From Harriotta raleighana (taxonomy: Eukaryota): a stretch of 64,000 nucleotides of DNA. Below, piece by piece: positions 37,656-48,814 of the stretch. Each line of letters begins with the position of its first letter. Position 1 is the first letter of the stretch. The stretch spans positions 11,007,761-11,071,760 of the forward strand of contig JBNZDD010013725.1 of assembly GCA_050575255.1 (NCBI GenBank). Reading direction: 5' to 3'. The notes beneath the pieces are model-generated. The model was not told the origin of the DNA. It saw nothing but the letters and a program-made list of their open reading frames with translations, and ran no database searches. A program made the translations under genes and the position numbers.

Positions 37656-38481
37656 TTAGAGCTTGTTTTAAATCTTAAATATACTTTGATGTCATACTAA
37701 TTTGCTTTTACTAAGCTACCAATGCCAGAAGAGAAACAGTGTGCCAACATTTAAAACAAAATAGGATGATATATATATATATACTTCCAAGTGTCAAATG
37801 TTATCAGATTTCTCCTGTTTCTCTTGGCTGTGAACAAATGGTGAATTTAGCTTTGATTCCGATAATATTTGACTACACATTGTTTAAGAATATAATCAAG
37901 TCCCAGAGTTTCAGCACCTGCACAAATTGAAAGCCACTGCCTTTGGAAGCTTATCTTTCACTCGCTTGGCAGCGACTATTGTTAATTCATTAGCCATTAT
38001 ATATTGTAGTAATAAAGCAGTAAGAATATGTCAGATACAAGTATTTTCAATTGGGACTATTATGGTAAAGATCGGAATGATATGCAGTGCTCCAAATTTT
38101 CATTACAGATTTTTAAAATTCTATCCGTTATTTTTTCAACAGTTTTTCTCCCCTCCTCGCTTGAACATGTTTTAGACACCAATAACTTACATCCACATAG
38201 TGCCCTTCACACAGAATAGAGTTTCAAAGCCCTGGCAGTCTTTTCCTTCTATTGTACAATTTTACAGGTGTTGGTCACCTTTGCCCAAGTTGTAGTTAGT
38301 CATGTAGCGGTGAGAATTGACAGCCTATTTATCCACAGAGTGCACCATCACCAAAGCCAACTCTATCATCATTCCAACACCTCCAAACAGTGATCTGTAT
38401 TCATCTCACTTTTGGGTATACAGTATTAGAGTTATATTACTGTATCTAGGTGCTGAGACTTGTCTTTATTGGGAGATCACA

Positions 38482-38672
38482 TTTATTTTTCTTTGAAGGA
38501 ATTATTCCCTCCAGAAAAGAGATCTGTCAATTGACTAACCACCAGGTTCCTACTTACTGCTAGGTAAGCAGAGGAGTAAGGAAAATTGCTCAGTGTTTTG
38601 CCCTGTGCGGGAATGGACCCAGGTCCTCTCACTTGCGAGACGAGTGCTCTAACTATTAAGCTACAGGACTCC
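38482..38672 (-). mobile_element. SINE 5' half, long form
   Basis: GGTTCCTACTTACTGCTAGGTAAGCAGAGG..GAGTGCTCTAAC..GCTACAGGACTCC. Confidence 0.8.
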
Positions 38673-39224
38673 ATGAGGGTTCTCTGTTCTGATCTTTGAA
38701 TAGAAATATATTTCCAATGGCACCAGGTGTATCACTGGGAGGGCTTTTGAACTGGGGCAAAACTGATTGTGTGGTAATGTGGCAATGAATCATAAACCAA
38801 TTATGTTGCCACTTGCAGTCTGTCAGAGCAGAGCACTGTGTGAATTTCCAGCAATGTGTCATTTACCATTCTTGTTAGTAATCCAATACCATTGGGAAAA
38901 ATATAGCAAAAACAAGAATCCTGCCCTGTAAAATGGGATAGGATTTGCAAGGCATAAGATACAAGGATTAATTCATAACTAATAATTAAGTCCTATTTCA
39001 TTCATGGGTCCATGGAAATAGTATCTGTGGAAAGCAACTAGTCAGGTTTTTCAAAACGTGCAATAAAGATGGATAAACATTCTGAAATTTCATTTGATTA
39101 CCTTTTCAGTCAAGGAGAAATTCACTCGCGGATAGCATAGAATTTATAAATGTCTATAAAGCTCCTACAATCCATGACCTCATCTTGGATGAGCAATTAG
39201 ACATTCTTGGGATCATGGAAACCT

Positions 39225-39485
39225 AGCTATCCAGTTAATCCAAAACTCCGCTGACCGGATACTCACCCATACAATACACCATCACCCCAATCCTTACCAG
39301 GCTTCACTGGCAACCAATTACCGAATGGATTGATTTCAAGATCCCCTCACTCATCCAAATCTCTTCATGCCCTCGCACCTCTCCACCTATGCGACCTGAT
39401 AACCCCTCCAACTCCACCACCCCACTGCCTTTGCTTGGATGGCTCCGTCCTCCTGTTTGTCCCTTGTCCCTTCCACTGCACCTTC
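39225..39485 (+). mobile_element. L2 ORF2 C-terminal fragment
   Basis: CAGTTAATCCAAAACTCCGCTG..ATCACCCCAATCCTT..CTTCACTGGC..ATTGATTTCAAGATCC (QLIQNSA..ITPIL..LHW..IDFKI). Confidence 0.75.
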
Positions 39486-39489
39486 GGCC

Positions 39490-39785
39490 TTTAACCACAG
39501 AAATGTCCCACACACAGCCACAAAACAAATGATCAATAATATCTGAGGGATTGTTGTCCAGGACACTGGGAGAAACTCCCCTCACATTTCCAGTAGTGTC
39601 TTTAGATCTTTAATGTTTACCTGAATAGGCAAATAGGACTTCAGTTAAATGTCTAATTTGAAGGGTGGCACCTCCACAATGGAGCATCCTCTTAGACTGT
39701 ATGAGTTGAAGTCCTGACATGGGACTTGAACCCATACTTTCTGACTCAAATGTGATCGTGTTAATAAATGAGCTACGCTGACAGG
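39490..39785 (-). mobile_element. older SacSINE1-like DeuSINE
   Basis: GTTGTCCAGGACACTGGGAGAAACTCCC..GGCACCTCC..GGGACTTGAACCCATAC..CTGACTCA. Confidence 0.7.
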
Positions 39786-41124
39786 TTAAACATTGAGTTA
39801 ACACCACAGAAATTAAAAAAATTGGGGTTCAAAATTGGGATTTTCTTTAAATCATTCTATTCCTTGATTATCCACAGAGATATTTTAGGAATACTGTCGT
39901 TTTGACTCCATTGGAAAGATACTTGGTGAAACAAAGTAATTGGATAGCAATACATTTACATTTGTAACTAATGTAACCCAGTCATAGACAGGAGCTTAAT
40001 GAGATCAAGGCAGGAAAATCTAATAGTATAGCTTCAGGCAGCCCTTGTGAAATGCTTGACAGAGATGAATATTACACACTGATTAAGTAAGCTGGAGCTC
40101 CTTGCTTAGCATATGGAGAGCACATCACCATGATTTGTTAGAGAAATGTGGTTATTATTGGCACCAAATGGTTCATTAGCAGCTTAAGTAAAGTGAAAGA
40201 TGGACTTGGGCATCTCAATGACTGAAACTTTGATGACTAGAATGGCAGAAAATAATGCGATCAATATGTCAAATTGAAGTAGTTCTGCAGTATACTATAC
40301 CTCTGCTTTTGTCATTTCCACCAACCTAATCAAACTCTTTAGCATTCCAATGACAATCCTTTTGTTCACGAGAATGATTGGGTTTTGTGTCACTCGAATA
40401 GCTCCAAAAAGCACTGTTGAAAAATCAACTACCGACCTCATTGAGCCACAGAACTTTACAGCCAAGAAAGTTATTTGGCCCAATATATCCATGCTGGTTC
40501 TTTCAAAGGACAATTTATTCCGTCCTATTTACCTGCATTTTCCACATCCGACTGCAAATTACTCCTTTTCAGATATCTATCTACTGCTTTCTTGAAAGTT
40601 AATATGGATCCTGCTTGACAACCTTACTTTCTAGTATCTTCGCTTTCTCCTTCTATGATTACAAAAGGTTCAAATTAGAGAAACTTCAAGGAATTAATGG
40701 ATGGCTTATCATTTTTTATTATTAACCTCAAACATGGGTCAATCCATGTCCAGAGTTCAGTTCAGATCCACCTCTACCAATTCTGTGAACTATAAATTTT
40801 ATATTTATAAAATTTCATCAAATAGAAATGTTTCAAAGCACCTCTCAAGCAACTACTGCTAACTGCAGTCATTGTGTATTTTAGATGCAGTAGCCCATTT
40901 GTGCATAGCAAGGTCCCATAAAAAAGAACCATGAAGTGAATGACAGTTTTATTTGGGAGATTGATCTCATAGCACTGTTCAAAAACAGAAGTGGGTTTTT
41001 CTCTGCACACTGGTCAACAAATCCCCCAAATAAAATTGATCACTATCTCCATGGTTATTTGTGGGATATTGATGTGCACAATTGGTTAATGTGTTACACC
41101 CGCAAAATACGCAGTCAATCCACA

Positions 41125-41330
41125 ATAATAACAAAATTACATTTAGAGAGTGCCTTTCACGTCGGGAGGATGTACCAAGGCGCTGAACAGTCAGGGGTCA
41201 GGACCCGAGCAACGAGGAGGGGAAGGGTAGGGGGGAGGCGAAGGAGAGAATTGGGAGGGCGGCAAAAGGCACGATTGAAGAGGAGGGTCTTGAGACCAGC
41301 CTTGAAAGAGGTTACGAGGTTTGGATAATG
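41125..41330 (-). mobile_element. L2 LINE 3' end (ORF2 end and tail)
   Basis: AAAATTACATTTAGAGAGTGCCTTTCACGTCGGGAGGATG..AAGGCACGATTGAAGAGGAGGGTCTTGAG (antisense LKTLLFNRAF). Confidence 0.8.
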
Positions 41331-42110
41331 GTTTTGTGTGAGGTCCTGTAGCTCAGTGGTTAGAGCACTCGCCTTACGAGAGACCCAAGTTCGATTCCAG
41401 ACAGGGTGAATAAATAAATTGTGATGTTTTGTTGTGATGTTTGGATATTGTTTCTCTCTGTCCCCGCCCCACCCAACTCAATAAACCTTCACTGATCCTT
41501 GGATCACACCTATTCATTGATCATTTGACATGCAGAATTAGAATGAAGGCTGAAGGATGTTATGGCAATCAATGCTCACAAAAAACCAACACATTGGTTT
41601 CAAATACTGATGTAGAAGTAACCAATTTGTTGCAGTTTTGTCTCAACTTTGAAAAGAATAATTCATGTTGGTGTCCACTTTTCATACTCAGCGATTCAAA
41701 CGACTGTATAGTATTTCCGATTCTAAACATGTCTAAATATATAATTTGGTATATTTAAAAGAAAATTCTATTTGTAAAAGGAGCTGATGTTCAACTTGCC
41801 AATACAGTACTGTCAAAACTGTCCAGGGAGACAGTTATAATGTGATGTTCTCATGAAAAGAGGAGCAGTTTGCTCATAAAGCACAACATTTAGAAATAAT
41901 TTATACAACAAATGTCAAATGTCGTCCAGAGAGGCTACTGTAGTTGTAACATTAATGTACGTTGCAAGCATATGATTTCTGGCTTTGAGCCTCGATTGTA
42001 GCTTAATACACAGCTCCACTATCATTAGCATTTCTCACTTGTGCGTCTCAATGAAACGAGAATTGTTTTAGTCCATAAATGTAAACCCTGTTAATATTAA
42101 CCAGCACACG

Positions 42111-42215
42111 GTGAGGGAGGGGGTGGGACATAGTGAAGGGAGGGGGGAAGGTATGGTGAGGGAAGGGGATAATGTGGTGAGGGAGGGGAGAGATACTGTA
42201 AGAGGGAGGGAGAAG
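42111..42215 (+). repeat. degenerate purine-rich minisatellite with a G-quadruplex motif
   Basis: About 4 units of GTGAGGGAGGGG, with several G3+ runs separated by short loops. Confidence 0.6.
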
Positions 42216-42519
42216 GCCACACATGGCTCAAACATTCCCTTGCTTAGATGTCAAATGATCAACTAGTGACCATTCTACTTTGCGGAAAGACAGAGTCTCT
42301 TTGCAGCTGAACTGGCTCCAAGTGCAGGGCAACAGAATATCAGAATCGGCTCATCCTCTGGGGCAGTCTCAGTTCCTGAGCTGGATGAATCCTCAATATT
42401 CGAGAGTACTGCCGAAAGACTGACTAACCTGGCTCATCGGTAGGCCCTGGAGCGGCCAATGAGTTACTGGGGCAGGGAATCTTTCCACAAATCTCCTGTT
42501 ATACATGAATACAAAATGT

Positions 42520-42861
42520 GTAGAGTGGTCTTAGCTGGATCAGCAATGGAAAACTTGTCATACAGTGCTCTCAATATCAATCTTTGAGTTTTTTGCTGAA
42601 TCAACTGTAACAGGTCTCCAATGCGCAATCTAGGATCTCCCAGACTTGCCTCTAATCGGCTTGCACTGAATACTCTCTTGAATTAGGCAAGCAGAGAGTG
42701 CATCTTCGAGGAAGAGAATGTTAATTCCCTTCCAAACACAGATAAATTTCCATGTGTGGGATGCACATATATGATGAACTCTTTGTCTGGTTTGGATACC
42801 CTTAAGCATAATTATAGGGCGCTGCTTGTCTCAGACACCTAGCTGACCAAAAAACAAATGG
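42520..42861 (+). repeat. unclassified dispersed repeat, copy 4 (longest)
   Basis: TGGTCTTAGCTGG...ATTTCCATGTGTGGG..TCTGGTTTGGATACCCTTAAGCAT..TCAGACACCTAGCTGACCAAAAAAC. Confidence 0.7.
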
Positions 42862-43039
42862 TACCTAAAAACGTTCTATAATTCAGGTTTCCACGAATGG
42901 AAAATTTTGGAAAATAAGGTGTATGAACTTAATGTACACGTTAAATTGTGAATTCATGTTTATATTAGCATTGGAACCAATATTCCACATAAAAATCTGA
43001 TTTGCAGATCCTTTTCTGTAAAGAGAAAAACGCAAAGAT

Positions 43040-43251
43040 TGTATATATATATCAGCGAAACATGGCAGCCAATTGCGCACAGCCGGGTCCCACAAACAAT
43101 CGCGGATTGAGTGACCAATTTTTAAATTTATTTTGAGGGATTATTATTATTGGAGTAAGGAAATTTGTCCAAGATTTTGTCCTTCTGCGAATTGAACCCA
43201 GGTCTCTCATTTGTAAGGCGAGTGCTCTAACCATTGAGCTACAATGACTCC
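43040..43251 (-). mobile_element. tRNA/Deu SINE lacking the tail
   Basis: Core CAGCCAATTGCGCACAGC and head GAGTGCTCTAACCATTGAGCTACA. Confidence 0.82.
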
Positions 43252-44382
43252 ACGATGACATAATAATTCTTACTTCTGGCTTGCTACAAAATTGAAGAAA
43301 ACAAAGCTGGGGACAATTTTTCAGACCACAATACCATTGTGAAAATTGAGGTCAATGTAACCAGTAAAACTCCCCAAACCTTAATTGTTTGGAAAGTCTC
43401 CAGTTTGTAAGGAATAGATGTGTCATTATGACCTTAAACACTTGTTGGGGTGAAATGTCCGCTCCTGTTCTTGTTCCTGTAACAGGACATTAGTGATTCA
43501 TTGATGGTAACAGTACTGAGATAATTTTTTAAGATAAGGAAGATTTAGGGATGACAAATGGAGCTGAAGAAATCGATCATTAGTCAAGATTGGGCACCTC
43601 ACCTGCAGTTGGCATGTGGACTCTGCATTAGCCTCACCATTTATTGTGGTAAATGGTGTTTAGAAACATTTGGAACAGACCTGAATGAAATGAAGAAACA
43701 ATGCCGTGACACAATTTCTTTTTAATAAATGTGGTGGTTTCTCCTGTAGATGAAGAGCTATGGAAGCCTATTCAAGGCTAGCGGCAACTGGGAATACAGG
43801 GCTGATAAGTGCACCATGAGCTTCGCCCAGCATGCAGCATGTTGCATATTACATTGCAACGTCCTCTTCCAATAATTCTGTCCCTATCCCACGTTTTACT
43901 GTTCTGTAATGTTTCAATGGTCAGAGGTCACAGGTTTTAAGCAAACAGTGCTACCATGTGGCAATAGAATGTCGCATATTTACAAGCCAACTATAGTATC
44001 TGTACGTCACCTTATCCATATCAGGACCCAATGGAGAATGAAAGGTGGTGCATTACCTGCACAATAAATTATGGTGAGCCAGCATTTATCATGTGTTTTG
44101 TTTTGGGAACAGTGGAGGTTTAGGGAAAGATAAACAGAGAGAGAGAGAAAACCAATGAGTGTGAACATGTTTGTGTGTATAATAATAACAATCCTTGCAT
44201 TTGATAGAAAGAGAGTGTTTGTGTGAGAGAGAGAAAGCTGAAGCGTTAGAAACAAAAGTAGAGTTTCAGAGAGAAGGCGAAAGAGAGAGACAGTGGAACA
44301 AAGTGGTCATGTAGCACCAGCATAACCTCTAATCAGGCCTTCATTAAGGCGGAAGCTAAACAGCATTCCTGTACACAGTTTT

Positions 44383-44699
44383 AATAATAAGAATCCTTGC
44401 ATTTGATATAGCGCTTTTCACATCTTATCGACGTCCCAAAGCGCTTCACAGAATATACTGTAAAGTGATTGACTGTATTTTTGTGGGCAGAATGCGGCAG
44501 CCAATTGCGCACAGCAGCGTCCCACAAACAGTCATAGATTGAAATGACCAATTTTATTATTATGGTTTTTTGGAGGGATTATTATTAGGCATGTGGAGTA
44601 AGGAAACTTGCCCAAGGTTTCGCCCTGAACTGCCTGGATTCGAACACAGGTCTCATGCTTGCAAGGCGAGTGCTCTAACCATTAAGCCACAGGAGCTCC
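44383..44699 (-). mobile_element. young tRNA/Deu SINE, full length
   Basis: Nearly the reverse complement of 27643-27984 but without the 9-nt duplication. Confidence 0.92.
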
Positions 44700-46169
44700 A
44701 AGAGTATTATGCCAACCTCGTTTCAGCCTAGGGTTTGCATTGAGGGAGCCAATAGAAACTGACCCTGTTTTCTTTTCACAGTGACTGCAATGCTCGGAGA
44801 AACACTGGTGTTAAAAGAGATTTGTATTCCATTGCAATAGCCAATAGATACAATATAGTCTCTCTTTGCCTCTTATGATGGGTCGTCGCTGCTCTTGATG
44901 GAAGATGTGTTTCATCAGCCCTGCAGCCAATTTGTGTTTTGTTTGATGTACCCATTTTCTGCATAGTTTCCACATGCACGATGGGGCCAGTCCCAATTAG
45001 TGCACATACTGTATCACATTCACACAGAAGTCAACATTGTTTGGAGCGTAAAGAGGAAAGTTTGAGTGACGTATTAATGTCATCTAAACCCAGAGACGTA
45101 TTATTGCCTTGGAGGACACTCCTGCTACATTGTGTTCCCTTGTAATACACAAAACTCACACTCAAAATACCTACTGGCCAAAAGAAAGATGAACACAGTA
45201 AAGGCAATAAAACTGGACAATGATGAGATGAACCATTAATTCAATAAAATGTTTAAAAGTATGTGATTCATGAAACAATGCAAAGTTTGTGTTGACTGTT
45301 TGATACCAGGAAATACCATGCTTTGTATGTATTAAAGTACATAATAAGCAGCAGACCTTGTCAATTACAAGTATATAATGACTAACAGGCCTTGCCAATT
45401 ACAAGTACACATAGATGAAACCAGCCTTGTTGTCACCCAAGTAAAAATCACTGCATAGATATTCCAAAAAGGAAGTGAGGCACAAAAGTAGAAAATTGAA
45501 TTCACTTTGTCTAACATCTGCAGTGGGGAAAATGCACAATAGAATTGCACAGGATGCCATCAATACTCATTTAGTGAACTCAGAGCTGTTACATAGTAGT
45601 CAGCATAAGATTCGAAAGCAATAATCGTGCTTTACTGAACTACAAGCAATATATGAGTAGGTGCCCATACTAGTAGATGGTGTAAGCGGTTATGAATTAC
45701 TTGGATATTTCATCTGATGTTTTTCACATACAAGAGTGGCGATAGATCTTTATTAAATGCACCATGCTCCCTCGGGTCCCCAAACTTTCCATCTTCAAGG
45801 GTGATGATATTCTTTTAATACAGGCTCCACATATCCATTGGCATGCTGCACTGCAGCTGCTCCATTTACCATGCGTATGTGAACACTTAAATGTTACAAA
45901 CTGTGAAAAATGTTACTGCACAGAGTGAACTAGACATCCAATTCAAAACTGTATCGGATTGCCCATGCATGCTTTGACTGCAACTCTTATTCTATTACAT
46001 TTGCTGTTTGATAATTAGTTCTATTTTATTCCTCCTTCCTTCCAAAAGCACCAATTCATTCCTGNATTACATTTGCTGTTTGATAATTAGTTCTATTTTA
46101 TTCCTCCTTCCTTCCTTCCTTCCAAAAGCACCAACTCATTCCGAGAGCATGGTTCCACAGGAACTAATT

Positions 46170-46390
46170 GCCATTTGATATCTCAGCCAACTGGACATCA
46201 TCCATGGGTGAGTTAGTCATTAGATAGGGATGAAGAGAATGGAGGTGGCTGGTTTTATTCCATCCTTCGCTGTCAGAACAAAAGTTAATTGTTAAGGGTA
46301 AATCCGGTGGCCAAACGAACTCAATGCAAAGTGTGGATCGAACCTGGGGCCTTCTCACTCTGTTTAGCTCAGTACCACACATGAGCAATT
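46170..46390 (-). mobile_element. ancient tRNA-SINE remnant (AmnSINE2-like, from recall)
   Basis: The reverse complement reads GTGTGGTACTGAGC..GAAGGCCCCAGGTTCGATCC. A possibly related piece, GGGAGGGGAAAACCAGTCAGG..CTGCTCCTG, lies at about 47965-48140 (+). Confidence 0.4.
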
Positions 46391-46440
46391 AGAGAATTTG
46401 TAGCTTTTATTTTTCGAGTTGGAGGATAATCAGTCACTAA

Positions 46441-46575
46441 TTCATTGATTGGTCCTTCAATGTCAGCTCTTTTGTTATGAAGCAGAATTCACCAAGCATT
46501 GATTATTCACCCACTAATAGAGAACGTGAACTGGGATTACATCATAGTGAAGCAGATTAGTTTTAGCCTCCTGGC
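46441..46575 (+). pseudogene. 28S rRNA domain V fragment (retropseudogene-like)
   Basis: TTGGTCCTTCAATGTCAGCTCTT..TGAAGCAGAATTCACCAAGCATTGATTATTCACCCACTAATAGAGAACGTGAACTGGG..CAGATTAGTTTTAGCCT aligns colinearly with vertebrate 28S TTGATCCTTCGATGTCGGCTCTT..TGAAGCAGAATTCACCAAGCGTTGGATTGTTCACCCACTAATAGGGAACGTGAGCTGGG..CAGGTTAGTTTTACCCT. GTCACTAA flanks both sides. Confidence 0.9.
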
Positions 46576-46606
46576 GTCACTAAGGATCAAATTCGCTAGT
46601 TTTGAA

Positions 46607-47000
46607 ATAATAATAATCCTTCTATGATATAACACCTAAAATATTAAATGTCTTAAATCACTTCAGAATGTTTCTGTGAAGTGTAGGGATTGTGTATTTG
46701 TAGGTGAACATGACAGCTAATTTGCACACAGCAATGTTGCACAAACAGCCAAGACGTGAGTGATCAATTTTTGATCTTGGAGATTATTGGCCAGGACACT
46801 GGGAGGAATTCCCTTCTCGTTTCGAATCACGCCATGAGATCTTAATGTCCCTCTGACAGGCAAGCTGTACCTCAGTTCAATATTTCATCCAAAGGATGCT
46901 CAATGCAGCACCCTCCTAGGACTGTTTTAGAGTGTCCATTTAAACCATGTGCTCAAAGACCTGACATGACATGACTTGTGGCCTGAATTCACAACCTTCG
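46607..47000 (-). mobile_element. older SacSINE1-like DeuSINE
   Basis: AATTTGCACACAGCAATG..TTGGCCAGGACACTGGGAGGAATTCCC..TGCAGCACCCTC. Confidence 0.7.
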
Positions 47001-48576
47001 TTTTTATGTGCTTAGCAGTTTATCTACTGTCACTAATGCTGCATAACAAATAAGACAACAACAATTAATCTCCAGCATAGGATAGCCACATTGCAATTTC
47101 TTGTTGAAATAAAGTTTGAAAAATATGTTTTTTTAATCACCAATAGCATGCTGAGAGTTATTGCTGTGGAAACCATGCAAAACGTTGGATCCTGGCTTCA
47201 CAGCACCAGTTCACAGAAATACTCTTGATTGTTGCAGAAATAAATGTAATGTATGGTTCTAATCCATTTGCTTGCATCCTACAATGGGACTATTGGTATT
47301 AGTCAGTGCCTTCTCCCCTCCTGTCAATTTAATTTCTACCATATTTCAAAAATATTGCTGCTATGAATTGATGATTGACAACCACAGGGGCCTGTTATCA
47401 AAAGACAGAGTGTTGTGGAAATGCTTCAATAAATGAAGGAGCAGCCATTAACTGTCAGACCCCTGTACAGCTGCTGTCAGCTACACTACATGTGGTCCGC
47501 ATGTCAGAATCATTTGAGAAGGATGGATTCAACAGTGTATACTCAGCTCTCAAACCAAGCCAATGGAACATGTGACTGTAGCTACACAGAGGTGCTTGTA
47601 TTAAAGGAGAAAGATGCTTTTAATGACATTCAAGTGCCTTTGCCTGCTTAGAATTTTACTGAATGACTATTCATATTAGAAAGAATTGAAACCAGTCCTC
47701 GTGCTTCCTCTGGATGAGGCATGGACGTTGAAAGTTTGTGCAGATGCCAAATGCATAAACATTCCCTCCCTTCTTTTTAAAACGTTCATTTGAAGGCAAA
47801 TTAATGCGACAAGCACAGGACTACCTATGCTCTGGTACACTACCTTGCAAGAGCGTCCTTATATAAATGCAAGTTGTTGTTGTTATCTGCGAATTGTAAT
47901 AAAGGACGTGATTTGTCATACGGACGTTGAAACAAAGGCAAAGATGGGCAGTCTGAATGGTGTCGCTTATGGACTAGGAGCTTTCTGGTTCAAATCCCAA
48001 TCTAACCTCAGCAGGGGCAAGACCTTCCCAGGGTGTGGGAGGGGAAAACCAGTCAGGACCTCTGCTCCTGGTCCCTGTACAATACTGCTCTGTGGCAGCT
48101 GGGTGGGAAGAGGTCAGGTTCAGCTATGACACAGCGCTTTTGGTTATCTTTCCTCTACCCACTGTCCTTGGCTCCCATTCCCAGCCCATGTGCCAAGCTC
48201 GGCTTGTTAAACACCTTGGGCATCATTCCAACATGAATAGCGCTATATAAATGTAATCTGTTGTTGCTATTGACACCATCTATAGCCAATTGGCCTCCCG
48301 AGAATCAGCTGTGACACCCTCTACAGTCGAGTGGATGTCCTCCCAACGAGAAAAGCGCTCTATAAATGTAATTTTGTTATTGTTGTTGTTTGGTGAGTGG
48401 CTTCACACAAGAACAATGATCACTTGGGCAAGGAACCAGAGGGCAACCAGTACCCCTAAAGTCAATATACCAGCAAGAGGTAGCCAGACCAGGAGCAGAG
48501 AGACAAATGGCCATGGGGAGAAAATTGGAGGATAAAAATTGGGCATACAAGCAGAGGTGTTTTTAATGTCAGTGCA

Positions 48577-48814
48577 ATCGGTGCAACACACTGATGGGCC
48601 CATCATATTGCAAGCCCCCAAAGTAATGCAAAAAATCATCGAAATGGGAGGATTTGAGTGTGCTGTGCTCTTAATTTTGATAAATATAATGAAACTAGCG
48701 CTCTCCCCAGCCTGGGGTATCGCACCCGCCGAAAGTTAATTTTTGCATAAAATAAAATTGCGCACTTATTAAACTTACTGTCAGTGATGGGCCCCCTAAG
48801 AAAATTGCACCGAG
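48577..48814. mobile_element. decayed palindromic MITE
   Basis: Nested inverted pairs TCGGTGCAA/TTGCACCGA and ATGCAAAAA/TTTTTGCAT. Confidence 0.45.

Noticed and set aside
45994-46142. Tandem duplication of about 70 bp differing in (CCTT)n length
   Set aside because: N at 46065. Probably two haplotypes or read ends placed side by side.
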